The translations under genes were made by a program, and so were the position numbers. Under the pieces are notes generated by a model. That model was given only the letters and a program-made list of their open reading frames with translations, did no database searches and was not told the DNA's origin. Shown in pieces: positions 48,216 through 57,331 of a DNA stretch of 64,000 nucleotides; within the stretch, counting starts at the first letter, position 1, and every line of letters begins with the position of its first letter. The stretch is from an uncultured Methanosarcinales archaeon (GTDB lineage Archaea; Nanobdellota; Nanobdellia; Woesearchaeales; BS150m-G63): assembly GCA_964630685.1 (NCBI GenBank), contig CAZVVW010000004.1:1-64000 (forward strand), written 5' to 3'.

Positions 48216-48617
48216 TTATATTACTATTTTTGCTAATTTACTTATTCCAGGCCACCTTTCACATGCTTCTTTTGCAATCGCTCCCTTGAATAAAGTGCCT
48301 TTAGGATTTCCCTTATCATCTTTTAATACCACTGCAGCATTATCTTCAAATTTTACTCTTGTACCATCTGCTCTTTTATATTCTTTTTTTTGTCTTACTA
48401 TTACTGCCAAAACAACTTGTTTTACCATATCGGGCCTACCTTTTTTTACTGAAGCTAGCACTACATCACCAATTCCCCCTGCAGAAAGTCTACCTTTGGT
48501 TGTTTTGTGCCCTTTTACTGAAAATATCCTTAGACGTCTTGCACCTGAATTATCACAAGTGTCGATATATGCTCCGACAGGTAGCGCCCTTGATATTTTT
48601 CCTTTTAATGCTTTCAT
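48216..48617 (-). CDS. rpl14: 50S ribosomal protein uL14
   Basis: DNSGA, VIVRQKKEY and FEDNAAV. Confidence 0.95.
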   Translation of the reverse strand: MKALKGKISRALPVGAYIDTCDNSGARRLRIFSVKGHKTTKGRLSAGGIGDVVLASVKKGRPDMVKQVVLAVIVRQKKEYKRADGTRVKFEDNAAVVLKDDKGNPKGTLFKGAIAKEACERWPGISKLAKIVI

Positions 48618-48994
48618 TTTTTCTTTTCAGTTGTTTTTTTAGTTGTTTTTTCAGTTTTTGAAATGGATTTTGTTTGATTTGTTTTTTCGTTTTCAGTTAT
48701 TTTTTCTATCACAACGAATTTTTTTGCCTTGCTTAAAGGCCTACATTCTTGAATTTTAACTATGTCTTTTTCCTTTATGATTATACATCCCGGTTTGTGC
48801 GCCATAACTTTGGTTTTTCTTTTTTCATATCTTTCATATTTGGGAATTAATCTAGTTCTGCCCCATTCAACAACTATAGTTTTATGTGCTTTTGCAGATA
48901 CTACTGTCCCTGTAAAGATTCTTCCTCTAGGTTTAAGTCCGCCATGAATTGGGCAATTCTTATCATTACATTGATTTTCGTTTTTTGATTTCAT
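48614..48994 (-). CDS. rps17: 30S ribosomal protein uS17
   Basis: CPIHGGL..RGR, PKYERYEKR and ECRPLSK. Confidence 0.94.
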   Translation of the reverse strand: MKSKNENQCNDKNCPIHGGLKPRGRIFTGTVVSAKAHKTIVVEWGRTRLIPKYERYEKRKTKVMAHKPGCIIIKEKDIVKIQECRPLSKAKKFVVIEKITENEKTNQTKSISKTEKTTKKTTEKKK

Positions 48995-49245
48995 TTTATT
49001 TTTAGTTTGATTCTTTCCTCTGGTTTTAGTTGAAGTATTTTTCCGTCAACTGTTATTTTTTTGTTGTTTATTGTGAATACCAATTGTTGAGCTTTGTTTA
49101 TTTTTTTTCTTTGATTGTTTTTTATTATTATTTCAAATGTGTTTTTTGTTTCATTGATAATTTTCCCATTTAGTTTTTTCAAAGGCAATTGTATAGTTTG
49201 GCCTATGAGTTCTCCTTTAAGGAATTTCTCAACCGTTTCTTTCAT
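48991..49245 (-). CDS. rnp1: Ribonuclease P protein component 1 (Rpp29/Pop4)
   Basis: ELIG, GKIINETKNT and KPEERIK; conserved operon position. Confidence 0.88.
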   Translation of the reverse strand: MKETVEKFLKGELIGQTIQLPLKKLNGKIINETKNTFEIIIKNNQRKKINKAQQLVFTINNKKITVDGKILQLKPEERIKLKIK

Positions 49246-49249
49246 TGTT

Positions 49250-49558
49250 TTATTTTATTTTGATTGTTTCTGGACTAAAACCAAGTTGAGATAAAATCTC
49301 TTTGATTTTTGTTTTGTGATTTCCTTGCAAATCGATTTTTCCGTCTTTTGCTGTTCCGCCACATGCCAATTTTGCTTTTAGTTTCTTTGCGAGATCTTTT
49401 ATGTTGATATCTGATTGATCGATCCCTTTAATCACCGTATATTGTTTTCCAAATTTTCTTCTCTCTATGCCCACTATGATGTTTTGGCTTTCTTTTGCGA
49501 TAGATTCACAAACACACAACTCTGTTGGTAGTCCACACTTCATGCATATTTCGCTCAT
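49250..49558 (-). CDS. Translation initiation factor aIF1 (SUI1)
   Basis: CGLPTELCVC, LKAKLACGGT and LQGNH. Confidence 0.93.
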   Translation of the reverse strand: MSEICMKCGLPTELCVCESIAKESQNIIVGIERRKFGKQYTVIKGIDQSDINIKDLAKKLKAKLACGGTAKDGKIDLQGNHKTKIKEILSQLGFSPETIKIK

Positions 49559-49755
49559 TGCTTTGGTTTAATTTCCTCCTTGTTTTGTATTGTTTTGATA
49601 CGTGCGATATTTTTTTTGATATTTTTAATATTTGATTGGCCTTTTGCAGCAGATCCTGTTGAAATTTGAGCATTACTTTTCATTAGTTCTTTTCTTAGTT
49701 CATCCAATTTGGATTTTAAATCCTTTTTGCTCAGGTTTTTTAGGTTTAATTTCAT
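49555..49755 (-). CDS. rpl29: 50S ribosomal protein uL29
   Basis: KLDELRKELMK...IKKNIARIKT; operon position. Confidence 0.9.
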   Translation of the reverse strand: MKLNLKNLSKKDLKSKLDELRKELMKSNAQISTGSAAKGQSNIKNIKKNIARIKTIQNKEEIKPKQ

Positions 49756-50648
49756 TTTTTCTTAGTTGTTGATTTTTTTGTTTTAGTTGTTTTTTTTGTT
49801 GGTTTCTTTTTATCTTCTTTTTTATCTGTTTTTTCTTTTTTTACTTTTTTCTTATCGCCTTTTTTAGCTTCTTTCTTTTCTTCTTTTGTTTTTGCTTTAG
49901 TTGCTGTTTTTTTTGTTTTAGTTGTCGGTTCCGTTTTATCTGTTTTTTTTTTATTTTCTTCTATTTTTTTCTTATCATCTTTTTTTGTTTCTTTTTTATC
50001 TTCTTTTTCTTTAGATGTTTCTTTTACTGTTATTTCTTCAGTCACTTCTTCCATTTTTAATAATTCAATGTCATTTTTTTCTTTTAATTCTTTTGGCATT
50101 ATTCTAACCTGTATCCCTACTGCACCACTTTTTAAGTGTGCAGTTGCTATTGCTTTTTTAATTCCCGATACAGCCATATCACCACATTTTTTTAAATATC
50201 CTTTGTAAAATCTCCATCTTTTTGCTCTTGCCCCAGGGATTTTTCCAGAGATAAGGATTTCAATTCCCAATGCTCCTGTGTTCATAACATCTTCAATTAC
50301 TTTGTGACCAATGTTTTTGAATCTTGAAGAACCAAATCTTTCTAAGTAAGAAGCTATTCTTTCAGCAACAATATTTGCATCAAGATTTAAATCTTGGACC
50401 TCATTGATTTCTATTTGAGGATTATCTAAGTTAAATTTTCTTTTTAGGTCTGCTGTGAGTTTTTTTATATTTCCACCTTTTCTTCCAACTATAAGTCCTG
50501 GTCTGGAAGCACTTATGATTACTTTTTCACCTAAAGGAGTTCTTTGTATTTTAGTTCCACTATAACCTATTCTTTTGAGATTTTTTTGGATATAATCTCC
50601 TATAATATATTCTTTTAATTTTCTTGATATGAATTTTCTTTCAATCAT
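49752..50648 (-). CDS. rps3: 30S ribosomal protein uS3 with long K/E/T-rich tail
   Basis: RTPLG, RPGLIVGRKG KH domain, ISGK and GYLKKCG. Confidence 0.94.
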   Translation of the reverse strand: MIERKFISRKLKEYIIGDYIQKNLKRIGYSGTKIQRTPLGEKVIISASRPGLIVGRKGGNIKKLTADLKRKFNLDNPQIEINEVQDLNLDANIVAERIASYLERFGSSRFKNIGHKVIEDVMNTGALGIEILISGKIPGARAKRWRFYKGYLKKCGDMAVSGIKKAIATAHLKSGAVGIQVRIMPKELKEKNDIELLKMEEVTEEITVKETSKEKEDKKETKKDDKKKIEENKKKTDKTEPTTKTKKTATKAKTKEEKKEAKKGDKKKVKKEKTDKKEDKKKPTKKTTKTKKSTTKKK

Positions 50649-51262
50649 TTTTGAGTTTTAGTGGTTTCCTCCTTAGTTTCTTTTCCTTTTCCTTCCTTTT
50701 CTTTTTTCTTATCTTCTTTTTTCTCAGTTGTTTTCAGTTTTTCTTTTGATTTTTTGTTATCTTCTGTTTTTTGTTCTTCTTTTGGTTTGGGTTGTTCTTT
50801 TTTTTCAATTGTTTTTGGTTTTTCCTTAGATTTTTGAATAATTTCTTTACTCTCAACAACTATTTCTAAATGAGTTCTTTTGCTTTTTCTTCTTCTTTTT
50901 CTTCCATGTCTCCAAGGTGTGCTTGCTTTGTTTGCACATAATTTAAGGATTGTTAAATCTGAAGTGCTCAACCCTTTTGATTGTGCATTTGCTTCAACAT
51001 CATTTAATAATTGCAATATTGCTTTACTTGCATTTAAGGGATATCTCCCAGCCGCAATTTTTCCTGGTTTATGACCTACATCACTATTGAATCTTTTGAA
51101 GGGGATAGCTTCTTTTTGAGCAATAACTCTTTTAAGTGTTGCTTTTGCTTTTTCCAGACTTTTTTTTCTTATATGGTTGCAAATCTCTATACTATGTTTA
51201 GTAGATATATGTAAATCTACTGCAGATGCTTTTGCTGTGTTTTCAGTGTTCGTTTTTTCCAT
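50645..51262 (-). CDS. rpl22: 50S ribosomal protein uL22 with K/E-rich tail
   Basis: ISTKHSIEIC, IPFKRF, GRYP and NAQSKGL. Confidence 0.94.
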   Translation of the reverse strand: MEKTNTENTAKASAVDLHISTKHSIEICNHIRKKSLEKAKATLKRVIAQKEAIPFKRFNSDVGHKPGKIAAGRYPLNASKAILQLLNDVEANAQSKGLSTSDLTILKLCANKASTPWRHGRKRRRKSKRTHLEIVVESKEIIQKSKEKPKTIEKKEQPKPKEEQKTEDNKKSKEKLKTTEKKEDKKKEKEGKGKETKEETTKTQK

Positions 51263-51302
51263 TTTTGTCTGGTTTTTTATTGTTTTCTTTGATTTATTTT
51301 AT

Positions 51303-51686
51303 TTATTTAACTGATATGTTTGAACTGGATCTTGTAGCACCGACTCCTGGTGAGTTATGTCCTACCTTTTTTCTAGTTAAAGAAAATTCACCTAATAAAT
51401 GGCCAATCATTTCTCTTTCAATATTAACTAAAACAAATTCTTTTCCATTGTGTACTTTAATTATTTTTCCAACCATTTCTGGGAGGATTATTAAATCTCT
51501 ACAATGAGTTTCAATGTTCGATTTGTTTGCTCTAATTTTTTTTAAGAGTAATTTTTGTTCTGGAGAAAATCCTTTTTTGATAGTTCTCCTTTGTTTTGAT
51601 GGGAGCAATTCTGCTAATTCACCCATACTCATTTGTTGAAGTTCTTCTAATTTTTTTCCTCGATAAGTATATTCTTTTTTTATCAT
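51303..51686 (-). CDS. rps19: 30S ribosomal protein uS19
   Basis: YRGK.LEEL, THCRD, MIGH.LGEF and PGVGATRSS. Confidence 0.95.
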   Translation of the reverse strand: MIKKEYTYRGKKLEELQQMSMGELAELLPSKQRRTIKKGFSPEQKLLLKKIRANKSNIETHCRDLIILPEMVGKIIKVHNGKEFVLVNIEREMIGHLLGEFSLTRKKVGHNSPGVGATRSSSNISVK

Positions 51687-51691
51687 TTTAT

Positions 51692-52408
51692 TTACCTTTT
51701 ACCTGTTTTCCTTCCAGTTCTTCTTGCTCTTAACATTCCCACTTTTCTTCCTGGGGGAGCTCCCCTTGGAGTCACTGTAGGTTTACCTTTGTGGGAGCTT
51801 GTTGTTCCTCCAAATGGATGGTCAACAGCATTCATTGATGTTGCTCCACTTCTTGGATACAATTTATTTCTTGCTCTCTTCATTTTCATTCTAGTTCCTG
51901 CTTTTAGTATTGGTTTTTCAGATATTCCTCCACCTGCAACAGTTCCGATGCTAGCTTTACATTCTTCAAAAAATTCTTTTTGTTTTTTTGAAGGAAATTG
52001 AATAACCACTTTGTTTTTTATTTTTGCAACAACCCTCGCAAAAGCACCAGCAGATCTACAGAATTTTCCATTATCTCCAGGTCTTGATTCTATATTAAAT
52101 ACCTTGGTTCCTTCTGGAATATCTTTTAATTGTAATATGTTTCCTGATTTTATTTCTACATTAGGACCATATTGGATATATTCTCCTACTTTGATTCCTT
52201 CTGCAGCTATTAATAAATTTGATTTTTCTGTTGGGTGGGATACTTTTGCTAATGGAGCACTATGTGCTGGGCAAAGGATAAAATCAAGTATTTTTGATTT
52301 TGTGTCTTCTTTTTTCGGATAAGTGGAACTTCCTTTATACCTATGGCTAGGTGCTCTGTAGGTCATACTTCCTTTTCCCCTTGCTTGTTGTATTAGTCTT
52401 TTTCCCAT
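51692..52408 (-). CDS. rpl2: 50S ribosomal protein uL2
   Basis: [23 protein letters not shown] and PPGRKVG..ARRTG. Confidence 0.95.
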   Translation of the reverse strand: MGKRLIQQARGKGSMTYRAPSHRYKGSSTYPKKEDTKSKILDFILCPAHSAPLAKVSHPTEKSNLLIAAEGIKVGEYIQYGPNVEIKSGNILQLKDIPEGTKVFNIESRPGDNGKFCRSAGAFARVVAKIKNKVVIQFPSKKQKEFFEECKASIGTVAGGGISEKPILKAGTRMKMKRARNKLYPRSGATSMNAVDHPFGGTTSSHKGKPTVTPRGAPPGRKVGMLRARRTGRKTGKR

Positions 52409-52442
52409 TTTATTGTTTTTATTGATTTATTTTTTATTTTAA

Positions 52443-52706
52443 TTAACCCATTAATCCGAGATTAGTTGCAATATCTATTGCAGGCGTTTCATTTGAAAAC
52501 TTAACATATGCCCTTTTTTTTCCATCTGAACCTATGAAGGTATTCACTTTTTCTACTTTTGCATCAAATATTTTTTCAACGGCTTGTTTGATGTCTGGTT
52601 TTTTGGCAGATTTATCTACCATGAATATAAGTTTATTTTCTGATTCCATTAATCTTATTGATTTTTCAGTTGATAATGGGTGTTTGATTATTTTATATGG
52701 ATCCAT
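52443..52706 (-). CDS. rpl23: 50S ribosomal protein uL23
   Basis: TEKS, ENKLIF, KVNT and KKRAYV. Confidence 0.94.
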   Translation of the reverse strand: MDPYKIIKHPLSTEKSIRLMESENKLIFMVDKSAKKPDIKQAVEKIFDAKVEKVNTFIGSDGKKRAYVKFSNETPAIDIATNLGLMG

Positions 52707-52708
52707 TT

Positions 52709-53632
52709 TTATTTAGTTGATTTTTTAACTGGTTTTGATTTTGACACTTCTTTTTTTTCTGTTTTTGGTTGGGGTTTTTCTTTCTTTTCCTTTATTTTTG
52801 ATGTTTTTTCTTTTTTCTTTTCTTGTTTCTTTTTGACTGTACCCAAAAATAATTCTTCTTGTTTTAATTTTTCAATAGCTCCTTCTGTGAAAAGGGCAAC
52901 CCTTCCTGGTTGTGCTCCAGGTGCAAGAAGTTCAGTGTTTAAATTTTCTATTTCTACAACATTAATATTTAGGTTTTTTGCTGAATCTGAAATCTTACAT
53001 TTTTGAGATGTGATAATTAAAGGTCCTTTTTTCTTAATGTATTTTCTTCCTCTTGATTTTCCTTTTCCAGCCCGTATTTTTCTATCTGTTTCTAATTGGA
53101 TTTTTAAATTTGTTAACGCTGCTTTAACATCTTTTGTTTTTGAAATCGCTTCAAATTCATTGTCTAATATAAAAGGATAATCTTCTGGAACAATGTAATT
53201 TTTTTCTTCTAAATATTTTTTATCGAATGTTGCAGCCATAGCTGAACAAATCGCTTTTCTTCTTTCTTTTTTGTTGATCTTAATTGATAGATTTTTTTCT
53301 GCTTTAGGTGGGTGGGCTCTTCTTCCACCAACTGTCTGGGGTGCGAATGCCCCAACATAATTTAACCTTGTACCTCTTCTAGACATTACTTTTCTTGGAG
53401 TTCTTGATTGTCCAATTCCATATGTGCTTCTATAACTATTACGTCTTTTAGATAAGTAAGCTGAAGCTCGTTTTCCTGCTCCAGGAGATGCACCATAATT
53501 CTGCCGTTTGTGGCTTTGAATAGTTAGAACTGCTTTTTTAATTATGTCTGCTCTAACTGGTACTGTAAATTGTTTAGGTAATTCTATATCCCTTTTTACA
53601 GTTCCTTTAGTGTTTTTTATTTTTAATTTCAT
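52709..53632 (-). CDS. rpl4: 50S ribosomal protein uL4 with K-rich tail
   Basis: VRADII, GGRRAHPPK, INKKERR, RAGKGK.RGR and LAPG. Confidence 0.94.
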   Translation of the reverse strand: MKLKIKNTKGTVKRDIELPKQFTVPVRADIIKKAVLTIQSHKRQNYGASPGAGKRASAYLSKRRNSYRSTYGIGQSRTPRKVMSRRGTRLNYVGAFAPQTVGGRRAHPPKAEKNLSIKINKKERRKAICSAMAATFDKKYLEEKNYIVPEDYPFILDNEFEAISKTKDVKAALTNLKIQLETDRKIRAGKGKSRGRKYIKKKGPLIITSQKCKISDSAKNLNINVVEIENLNTELLAPGAQPGRVALFTEGAIEKLKQEELFLGTVKKKQEKKKEKTSKIKEKKEKPQPKTEKKEVSKSKPVKKSTK

Positions 53633-54597
53633 TTTTTATTAATATATTCAATGATTGGTTTTTCTTGAGATATTTTCTTTTTTGATCTTATTGGTTGAGT
53701 TAATACAATCAATCTCTTTTTAGGTCCTGGAATTGAACCCTTTATTAATATGAATGTATTTTTTACTTTTCCATAATGCGCAATTCCACTTTTAGGATTA
53801 ATTTCTTCAAGGTTTGTTGATATTTTAATTAATTTTTTATTATATTCTGTTCTTGTAAAATAACCAGTTTGACCTGCATGAGCAACTTTCCACATTATAT
53901 GTGTTTGCCCTTTCCAAGGTCCTAATGATCCAGGGTTTCTTCTAGCTTTTTCTGCCTTATGACTTGTTAAACCAATGCCAAATCTTTTTACAGGTCCTTG
54001 AAATCCCCTTCCAGTTGTGATTGCATGAATATCTATTAATTGGGTTTCTTCAAATATTTGATCTATTGAAATTTCTTTTCCAATATTTTCTTTAATAAAA
54101 TTTAATTGATCTTCTTTAGTTCCACCAAGTGCAATTTCCATTAGATCTGGTTTTTTCTTTCCAATATCTGTTTGTTTTGGTTGAGTGTAAACTAAAATTT
54201 TAATTTCATCATATTTTTCTGGAGAAAGTTGTTTAGTGCTTGTTTTTTTAGGAAGATTCAATCTTCTTTTTAATTCTTTATCAAGATTTTCAACAAGATG
54301 TTCAGAAATGAGTTTTAAACCAAAAATGGTTTTTTTGTAGAAGTGAGAAGCAGCGATTTTGAGTGGAGGACATTCAACGATTGTGACTGGCACAGAAATT
54401 GATTGGTCTTTAGTCATTGAGTTTGGATCATTGTCCTTCACAATGATATGAGTCATGCCTGCTTTGTAGCCGATAAATGCCAATGGTTTTGGATCTTTGC
54501 TTTTAGCCCAAGACCTTATTCTTGGCTTATGGCTTTTAGCCCTTCGTCTAGGCCAAAACTGTAAACTTCCGCTTCTTGGTTTGTGTGTGCTAGGCAT
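53629..54597 (-). CDS. rpl3: 50S ribosomal protein uL3
   Basis: PRSGSL.F.PRRRA, GYKAGMTH, GFQGPVKRFG and GSIPGPKKR. Confidence 0.95.
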   Translation of the reverse strand: MPSTHKPRSGSLQFWPRRRAKSHKPRIRSWAKSKDPKPLAFIGYKAGMTHIIVKDNDPNSMTKDQSISVPVTIVECPPLKIAASHFYKKTIFGLKLISEHLVENLDKELKRRLNLPKKTSTKQLSPEKYDEIKILVYTQPKQTDIGKKKPDLMEIALGGTKEDQLNFIKENIGKEISIDQIFEETQLIDIHAITTGRGFQGPVKRFGIGLTSHKAEKARRNPGSLGPWKGQTHIMWKVAHAGQTGYFTRTEYNKKLIKISTNLEEINPKSGIAHYGKVKNTFILIKGSIPGPKKRLIVLTQPIRSKKKISQEKPIIEYINKK

Positions 54598-54955
54598 TTT
54601 CTATGTCCCTTAATTTTTGTCTGCGCTAAAGACATTAATATTTCCTCTTTTTTGGAGTACAAAAAGATTTTTTAAATCTTTCTTGGATTTCAAATGACCT
54701 TTTAGTAAAGCTTTTTTTATCAAGAAGTATCTTGGTACTGAAAAAGCTTTTTTTCAGGCCTTGTTTATGCATTATATTTAAACAAAATTAGTCTAAATAC
54801 TTTCGACAAGTTGTTGTTTTCTATAGAAAACTTGGTTGCTTTATAAAGCTTATGCTTTTCTATTTCATTCTATCACTATAAAAAGTAGAAAAGGGGTTTA
54901 ATTGAAGTAATTTACTTGAATTTAGATTATGATTTGGAGATAACGGTCTTTTCTT

Positions 54956-55101
54956 AAAGCAAGTAAAATCCTTAGATTTCACCCACAATCAGGAAATAAT
55001 GGCTGATTATTTCTGAAAGTAAGCAAAATTTTAGATTTTGCTCACAATCAGGAAATAATGGCTGATTATTTCTGAAAGTAAGCAAAATTTTAGATTTTGC
55101 T
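54956..55101. repeat. 59-bp perfect tandem duplication (2 copies plus a degenerate partial copy) with internal palindromes
   Basis: CACAATCAGGAAATAATGGCTGATTATTTCTGAAAGTAAGCAAAATTTTAGATTTTGCT at 54984-55042 and 55043-55101; degenerate partial copy at 54956-54983. Confidence 0.9.
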
Positions 55102-57282
55102 TATATGTCGACATTTAGGATAGCCTGAGCACCCATAGAATTCTCCGTAAAAAGATTTTCTTAATACTAGTTCTTTGCCACATTTAGGGCACATTTTTTT
55201 CTCTTTTGTTTTTTTATCATCTTTTTTATCTGTTTTATTATTCCTATTTGTTTTAGAAACGCAATCAGGATTTATGCAAAGTTCTTGTGGCCTTTTTCCC
55301 TTTTTTATTACATTGACCATAGGGTAATTACATTCCTTGCATAGGTTTTCTGAATTTTTGATTAATCCATTTGGAGGCAATTTAAAGGTGGTTTTACAAT
55401 CAGGATATTTAGTACATGCAATGAATTTTCCAAATTTACCTCTTTTTATAGTCAGTTGCCCATTTTTACAAGTTGGACATTTACCTATGTGATTTGCTTT
55501 ATCTTGAGTTTCTCTTGTAGCATCTATTAATCCTTCACCTATTTCTTTTTCTTTTTCTTTGAATTGTTTTAATATTTTTTTTAGAATCTCTTTAACTTCA
55601 TCTAAGACTGTTTCTTTTTTCTTTTTATCTGAACGAATATGTTCCATTTCTTCTTCAAAATGCCTTGTTAATTTTTCATCTATTATTCCTGGAGAATATT
55701 TTTTTAATGTATCCACTGTCGCTAAACCGAGAGAAGTTGCTTCTATGGATTTTCCTTTAAGATAATTTCTTTGGAACAATTTATCCACTATATCTGCTCT
55801 TGTGGATTTTGTGCCTATATTTCTTTTTTCTAATTCTTTGATTATTGAAGATGGAGTATACCTCTTTGGTGGTTGAGTTTCTTTTGAGTGGATTTTTATT
55901 TTTTTTACAGATACACATTCTCCCTGATCCATTTGTGGAAGTTCTTCTTCTTTTAAGGATAAATAAGGTTGGTAAAAAGTGTGCCACCCAGGTTCTAAGG
56001 TAGTTATTCCTTTTGCAACAAAAATTTCTTGATTACAATCCACTTTTGCAGTTGTTAATTGTCTTTTGGCAATTGGTGCAAAGGTCGATAAAAATCGTTT
56101 TACAATCAAATCATATAATTTTTTAGCATGACTATCTTCCAGTTTTTTTGGAATTATGCCTGTTGGATAAATAGCTGGATGGGCAGGATCTGATTTTTTA
56201 CCTTCATTAGGTTTAAGTGTTTTTTTGAGGAGAGCGTCACATAATTCTTTGTAATTTTTTTGTTTTGAAAGTTCTTTTATTATTTTGTCATACCCAATTC
56301 CTTTTGGTAATTTTTGAGAAGATGTTCTTGGGTAAGATATATAGGAATTTGTGTATAGATCTTGAGCTATTTGAAGTGTTTTTTTAGGGGGTATTCTTAA
56401 GCACCTATATGATTCTATTTGAAGTGTAGTGAGATCAAATGGAAAGGGAGGTAGTTGATTTTTTTCTTTCTTTTCTATGGATTTTATTGTTGCACTTTGA
56501 TTTTTTGTTTGTTCGAGCACTTTGTTTGCTTTTTCTTTTTCCCAAAATTTGTCTTCGATATGCCATGCAATTAAGTTTCCTTGTTTTACATTTCCGTTCA
56601 ATTCTATTTGCCAGAAAGGTGTTGGAATAAATGCCTTTATTTCCCTATCTCTATCTGTTATTATTTTTAGTGATGGACCTTGTACCCTTCCTATGCTTAA
56701 AATTTTGAATGCTCCAGTTGCTTTGATTGAAGCAGTTAATGCCCTACTTAGATTTATACCATACATCCAATCAAGAAAATGTCTGGTTTCTCCTGCATTT
56801 GCTTGCCCCCAATCTATATTGGGAGATTTGTTTTCATAAGCTTTTATTAAATCAGGTTTAGTTAATGTTGAAAATTTCATTCTGTTAGCATCTTTTTTTT
56901 GTAATGCGAATCTTACTATATTTAGGCCAATAACTTCCCCTTCAATATCATAATCGCAAGCTATAGTGAATTCTGAAGCCCCTTTTGATAATTTTTTTAG
57001 ATTAAGAAGATAATCTTTTGAATATTTTTGGGCTTTATTCATGGAAGCAGTATCTACCCAATGCATATTGAATACAGGATAAGCCCATCCATTTTTTTCT
57101 TTTTCATCTACAGAATAAAGATGTCCTACCGCAGAAGCAACTATGATTTCTTTATTATTGTGAGTTATTTTATAATAAGGAACTTTTCTTTTGTAGGTTT
57201 CTTTTTGGGGAGTTTTGTCTGCTAATGCAGTTGCAATCTTAAGTGCAGCACTTGGTTTTTCGCAAATTATTAGTTCATACAT
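55090..57282 (-). CDS. topA: Type IA DNA topoisomerase with C-terminal Zn ribbons
   Basis: IICEKP, GHL, DYDIEGE, SIGRVQ, ISYPRT (catalytic Tyr), AHPAIYPT, GTKSTR and three C4 ribbons. Confidence 0.95.
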   Translation of the reverse strand: MYELIICEKPSAALKIATALADKTPQKETYKRKVPYYKITHNNKEIIVASAVGHLYSVDEKEKNGWAYPVFNMHWVDTASMNKAQKYSKDYLLNLKKLSKGASEFTIACDYDIEGEVIGLNIVRFALQKKDANRMKFSTLTKPDLIKAYENKSPNIDWGQANAGETRHFLDWMYGINLSRALTASIKATGAFKILSIGRVQGPSLKIITDRDREIKAFIPTPFWQIELNGNVKQGNLIAWHIEDKFWEKEKANKVLEQTKNQSATIKSIEKKEKNQLPPFPFDLTTLQIESYRCLRIPPKKTLQIAQDLYTNSYISYPRTSSQKLPKGIGYDKIIKELSKQKNYKELCDALLKKTLKPNEGKKSDPAHPAIYPTGIIPKKLEDSHAKKLYDLIVKRFLSTFAPIAKRQLTTAKVDCNQEIFVAKGITTLEPGWHTFYQPYLSLKEEELPQMDQGECVSVKKIKIHSKETQPPKRYTPSSIIKELEKRNIGTKSTRADIVDKLFQRNYLKGKSIEATSLGLATVDTLKKYSPGIIDEKLTRHFEEEMEHIRSDKKKKETVLDEVKEILKKILKQFKEKEKEIGEGLIDATRETQDKANHIGKCPTCKNGQLTIKRGKFGKFIACTKYPDCKTTFKLPPNGLIKNSENLCKECNYPMVNVIKKGKRPQELCINPDCVSKTNRNNKTDKKDDKKTKEKKMCPKCGKELVLRKSFYGEFYGCSGYPKCRHISKI

Positions 57283-57331
57283 TTTTGAATTGGGTGAAGA
57301 AACCAAAAAAAGCGCTCATATAATAATGTTA

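Noticed and set aside
39026..53006. Plus-strand Phe/Leu/Ser-rich ORFs across the ribosomal operon, and similar antisense ORFs elsewhere
   Set aside because: These are shadow ORFs from Lys/Glu-rich genes on the opposite strand and show no recognisable motifs
54956..55101. Possible mini CRISPR array
   Set aside because: The units are identical end to end with no unique spacers, and there is no cas operon; the Cas4-like gene is about 17 kb away and solo
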